Below are positions 60,301 to 64,000 of a stretch of DNA of 64,000 nucleotides, in pieces (the first letter of the stretch is position 1; every line of letters begins with the position of its first letter). The DNA is from Lepidodermella squamata (taxonomy: Eukaryota; Animalia; Gastrotricha), in NCBI GenBank assembly GCA_047495785.1, contig JBLDXI010000015.1:2728001-2792000 (forward strand), in the 5' to 3' direction. The position numbers and the translations under genes were made by a program. The notes under the pieces are model-generated. The model ran no database searches and had not been told where the DNA came from. It worked only from the letters and a program-made list of their open reading frames with translations.

Positions 60301-62857
60301 AACCAGGTGACACACCAAGTGCCATCGATATTTACCTAGAAGCTATCGTCGAATCGATAAAAAAGGCGGCATCGGAGTCAATACCGCGAGCTAAGGCGAG
60401 CGAGATCCAAACATGGACGCTGACAAATGCGACAGCTCTACAAAAGCGAAATAAGCTGCAAAAGCTGCATGACTCGACCAACAGTGTGTACGTTAAAACT
60501 GCGCTGAATGCGATTACTAAGGAGATCGCTAATCTAATTGGCGAAGAAAACAGAAAAGACTGCATCCGCTGTCTCAAAGCTATGGCGGAAAACTTCAATA
60601 ACAACAACTCACGACCCGCCTGGGCAGCAGCCTCGAAACTTCTGAGCAGGAAACAGCGGAAACGCAGCGTCGTCAGCCTGAAGACGGGGAACGGCATAGC
60701 GGTGACGGGGAGCAAGGCGAAAGCCGACCTGCTCGCAAAAACGTTCGCTAAAGTTGTAGCTGCGCCAGCGACAACCTCGAATGCCACTGCCGACCGTGAA
60801 TTTTGGCAGAAAGTCGACGAAGAGATTGATGAAAACCCGGCCACCAAGCCGGTTACGGTACCCGATAAGTTTCGAGTCCGACTTCCGAAATCTTCCCTGA
60901 AACGTCTGCTTAAAAACTGAAGAATTTCAAAGCACCAGGTCACGACGAAGTGTCTAACGTGCTGTTAAAAAACGGCGGCCCAAGCTTGAACTCTCACCTC
61001 AAACGACTGTTCGAACTTAGCCTGAAGTGCGGGTACTTGCCCAGGGCATGGAAAATCGCAATAGTCGTCCCCGTCTACAAAGAGGGGAAAGACCCTGAGC
61101 TGGCTGAGTCCTACAGACCGGTCGCCCTTCTTCCTGCTATCGGAAAATGTCTCGAGTCGCTCGTGACGGAAGTTTTATTTGATTATCTCACCAGCAATGG
61201 CCTTCTTCCTGAACATCAGTTCGGTTTCTGGCGCGGAAAATATGCCACTGACCCCAGTTTTAGGCTCGTTAATGACGTAGCTATCGCCCTGGCCCGGCAC
61301 TGGAAACTCATCGCTGTAGCTCTCGACTTTAAGAGCGCGTTTGACGTTGTGTGGCACAACGGACTTCTGTATAAATTAATAGAAGCTGGTGTGCCTGAGC
61401 CTTCAAGCTGAAAGTGGAAGGTGAACTCAGTGACGAACACGAAATTCACTGCGGTGTACCTCAAGGGTCACCTCTGAGTCCCTTGTTGTTTATCTTTTTT
61501 ACTGCCGATATGCAGCCTACAAAGGCTGAACCCGACGACGGTAAGCGTCGAGTTGCAAACGGCACCTATGCAGATGATGCCCTCAACTGGGCGTACGGCA
61601 AATCGCTTTTAGACTGCTCTCGTCGACTGCAGCTTCAGCTGGACAACACTGTCAAATGGTGCGCCCGCTGGCGCCTAATACTGCACCCGGAAAAATGCGA
61701 AACAATGATTTTTGGTTTTTATAATTCCTTACCCTCGATTCAACTTAGGTTAGGCCCGCGAAAAATCAAACAGGTTCAGCAACTGATGTACCTCGGTCTT
61801 CACCTCAACCCGCGACTCAGCTGGGACACCCAGTTGTCGGCAATTTCATCCAAAACCAGGCCGAGAGCCGGCATGTTACGCGGTATTATGGCTCGAAAAG
61901 TCTTGCCATTATGTTTCACAATGCGCTATCCCAAAGCATCATGACATACAGCATACAGCTCACCGGCATGGGCTTGCTTACCTAGGTCGTCTCGAAACCG
62001 CTTATTCGAGATGCAAGCCAATAGCCTTCGTGCGGCACTAGACTTACCATACGACGCGGACTCGTTCGGAGTACTTTACCTGTCGGGTGTCAAGTCTATC
62101 GAAGACGTCTTCCACGACCGGCTCGTGAGCTACGGCGAAAGATGCCTCCGTTCAGGTGGTGTGATGGCTGAATACCTAAAATACGTCTGGCAATTGAGCT
62201 TTGACGACTTCGGCCGGAACATCATGCAACAGCATTCGCCGGCTTGGAACATTCGCCACTTAGCCGACTCAAACATCACATCTTGCGAAACTAGCCCGCG
62301 CGGCTGGCTAGAATTTACGAACGACGAGGTTGGCGATATCACCCTAACGTAATCTGTTTTTTTCATTTGTACACAGGGGAGCAAAGCAACAACCGTAAGC
62401 CCTTTTTTACATGACGTGCGTGTCTGTCTCTTTTCCAGGCCTAGGAAAACCTTCGGAATTCTTGGAGTCTGAGCCTTGAGAGCCTTGAGCCTTTGAGCCT
62501 TGTGAACCTTGTGGGATTGTTGACCTTGGGAACGTGAGCTTTCAAAATTAATAAAGTAATAATTGCGAGCCTGTTGTAGAAAAGCCTTGGTCGCCCTTGG
62601 AACCTGTTCGTACGTTCGTAAGAAACCGAAATTTCTGGCTATAAAAACAATCAATCGAAACAACATACGAGTTTATAGCGGCAAAACCGGAAACATTTTT
62701 TTATATTTCTTCGTCAAAAAATTCTAAAAACGAACGATAAAAAAATATTTAAATATCATTGATGTGATGATCAATAATGTAACTTGTAACTCTGACTCAA
62801 GGACCGAGAGCACCTTCGGGTGGAAGGTCGATAAACAATAAATCTAAAATCTAAAAT
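57348..62857 (+). mobile_element. Near full-length Jockey/I-like LINE: ORF1 gag-like, ORF2 APE-RT with frameshifts
   Basis: ORF2 59466-62352 has QWNCRS, FLNETHL, GGVAILVK, GGDLNA, GSDH and RT YADD, with breaks near 60920, 61411 and 61944. 3' end AATAAATCTAAAATCTAAAAT. 5' boundary approximate. Confidence 0.92.
57694..59310 (+). CDS. LINE ORF1, gag-like nucleic-acid-binding protein
   Basis: Intact 538 aa with three zinc knuckles: CSKCQSHQHHFRQC, CSHCAGAHKYIDC and CANCDKKGHGAGSRGC. Confidence 0.9.
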   Translation: MGHHGGRGGYNNQASSRQQDVKKPAGQRQVDIKTAMQNTGRNVAKTAEKRKATSSDTTANGSLDSGTEQQIASNSSPSTSSPPVKTSTAEDRTPYRTQGQPKKPTVTTTNRSTGHRADLASRLSFLKKDNLDLKTREKLTVAIDGFDPEKYDNAAISAELGDKMPGLKVKYVFDYPNGGARVICCSTEDAERLLNNLPASAFDGNAVAHRSSKYYELFPEEIADKKAPPGRHQTAQEIATKELQAVKIKNAPSYMTADKLKQYWSNVENIYPLKRKNRSFAQFICLMKTKADAERLVNGEGQIGVFAIEATLLKPAPDTGGRCSKCQSHQHHFRQCKSKTFVCSHCAGAHKYIDCTVKNDETKRHCANCDKKGHGAGSRGCPTLLRKQQEIRASEHRAVEEISNTPKQPVYTAAPHPDKSAWPAIPGLETGEPPQPQPRHPPQQQQSVSLENLIDRLLNSEAFQIRLANIVADAISKAMVNHFSLFSRGSHVHPPIAQGATAGQLPVTGASVARGSGARGSSTASASDDDDWGRCSDW

Positions 62858-63389
62858 TTTGCCAATGAAATCTTTCTTTTCAGATCGCCAACTGACCGTA
62901 TAAACACGGCCCATGCAAAAGCATCGGGAGTTTATAAGGCGTCCTGTCTAGCTAGCAGCCGTATAAACTCGACCTTCAAAAATATAGGGCGCGAAAAACA
63001 ATGGTGAAAAGACCGAGAAAACGTATAAAGTGATGAAGTTGAAGGGTAGACCGCCGGAACAGCAAATACCGAAAACAGCGAAACCGACATAACAGCGAAA
63101 ATTTAATTTGCGCATAACAGCAACCCACGTAATAGCTAATATTCCATTTTGCGTCAAAACAGCGACGATTTATTAATATCATTATGAGTTAGCGACATAA
63201 CAGCAAATATGCAAAATAGCAAAGCAACAAAACAGCGAGTCATAAATTTTATACAAAACAAAGCATAAATTAATTAGTCAACAATTCTAAGGGAATGTTC
63301 CGATTTTTGTCTTTTTTCATTTCGAAGTGTAAAACAATAGTCACAAGGTGCGCTTCCAAAGATTTAAAATCATTTAGTGATTCAGTATC

Positions 63390-64000
63390 AAGCGACGAGC
63401 AAATTTTTTGCAAAGCAAGATTGTGTTTGACTTCGGCTGGGTAGGACCTCTTATATTTTTCGCCAGCCGCGCGAGCCATAAGACGGCTCTCACATAGGTC
63501 CTGCTCTTTTAAAAAGAAGCTCGTATGGCGAGGGGTGGGGGTTATCTACGAAGTCCTGAAAAAACTTCTGCCACACTTCGGCCTCGTTGTCCGTGAGTGG
63601 CAAGCCAGCCAAAGCGCGGGAAAAGCAAGTCCATATAGGCGGATCGAAAGTACGTATATAGGCGGGTCAAACCGGGCGCCTCGTGTTCCGCCGCGATCTT
63701 CGCAATTTGCGCGTCGAGTGCGTAGAAGGAGCTCGCTAACTCGGTCTAACGGCAAAAAGGCAAGCGCCGCCAGATATTTACACCACCTTTTAACAACGAC
63801 ATTGGATGAATACAAGCCTTGCAACCCGTAGGCACCAACACGGCGATAAATGGCCTGGAAATAATAATAATAAATTTAACAACAGGCTTTAATTTTAATT
63901 TTTTACACAACCTGACAAAGATGGAAAAAGCACGCCAAAATCATCGCATTAGGCCACGTTGTTGCTATTGCTGAAATTGCGGCTTGCTCGAAGTCGAGCG
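63390..64000 (-). mobile_element. MULE transposase pseudogene running off the window end
   Basis: Minus strand reads DFEQAAISAIATTWPNAMILACFFHLCQ, then after an intron YLAALAFLP, and FDPPIW..LPLTDNEAEVW, with frameshifts. Confidence 0.8.

Noticed and set aside
59807-60943. Long antisense ORFs over LINE and channel genes (e.g. 60332-60943, 50517-50894)
   Set aside because: Shadow ORFs of real coding sequence on the opposite strand.

Overview
Animal (invertebrate-type) genomic DNA with short GT-AG introns of about 50-60 nt and a very high transposon load; the organism cannot be named from the sequence. The host content is a small gene cluster. There are four paralogous genes for type-I membrane proteins (signal peptide, two Cys-rich Ly6/three-finger-like domains, Ser/Thr stalk, one TM helix) at 850-2097, 20974-22861, 28859-30221 and 54219-55409. 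The first three are each followed on the same strand by a divergent Cys-loop (pentameric) ligand-gated ion channel gene, at 2225-3915, 25146-26933 and 30999-32706. Two of these pairs keep a conserved AATAAA / unpaired splice acceptor / ATG junction, which is the signature of a trans-spliced eukaryotic operon. All three channels appear to have about 7 TM helices instead of 4, and only one has loop-C vicinal cysteines. The rest is mobile DNA: MULE and piggyBac transposase genes, a CCCAG-TIR (EnSpm/CACTA-like) element carrying a BEN-domain gene, two Jockey/I-like LINEs, an RTE-like remnant, an RLE-type retrotransposon with a 2A (StopGo) motif, and many MITEs and palindromes. All exon models were built by hand and are not confirmed by transcripts.
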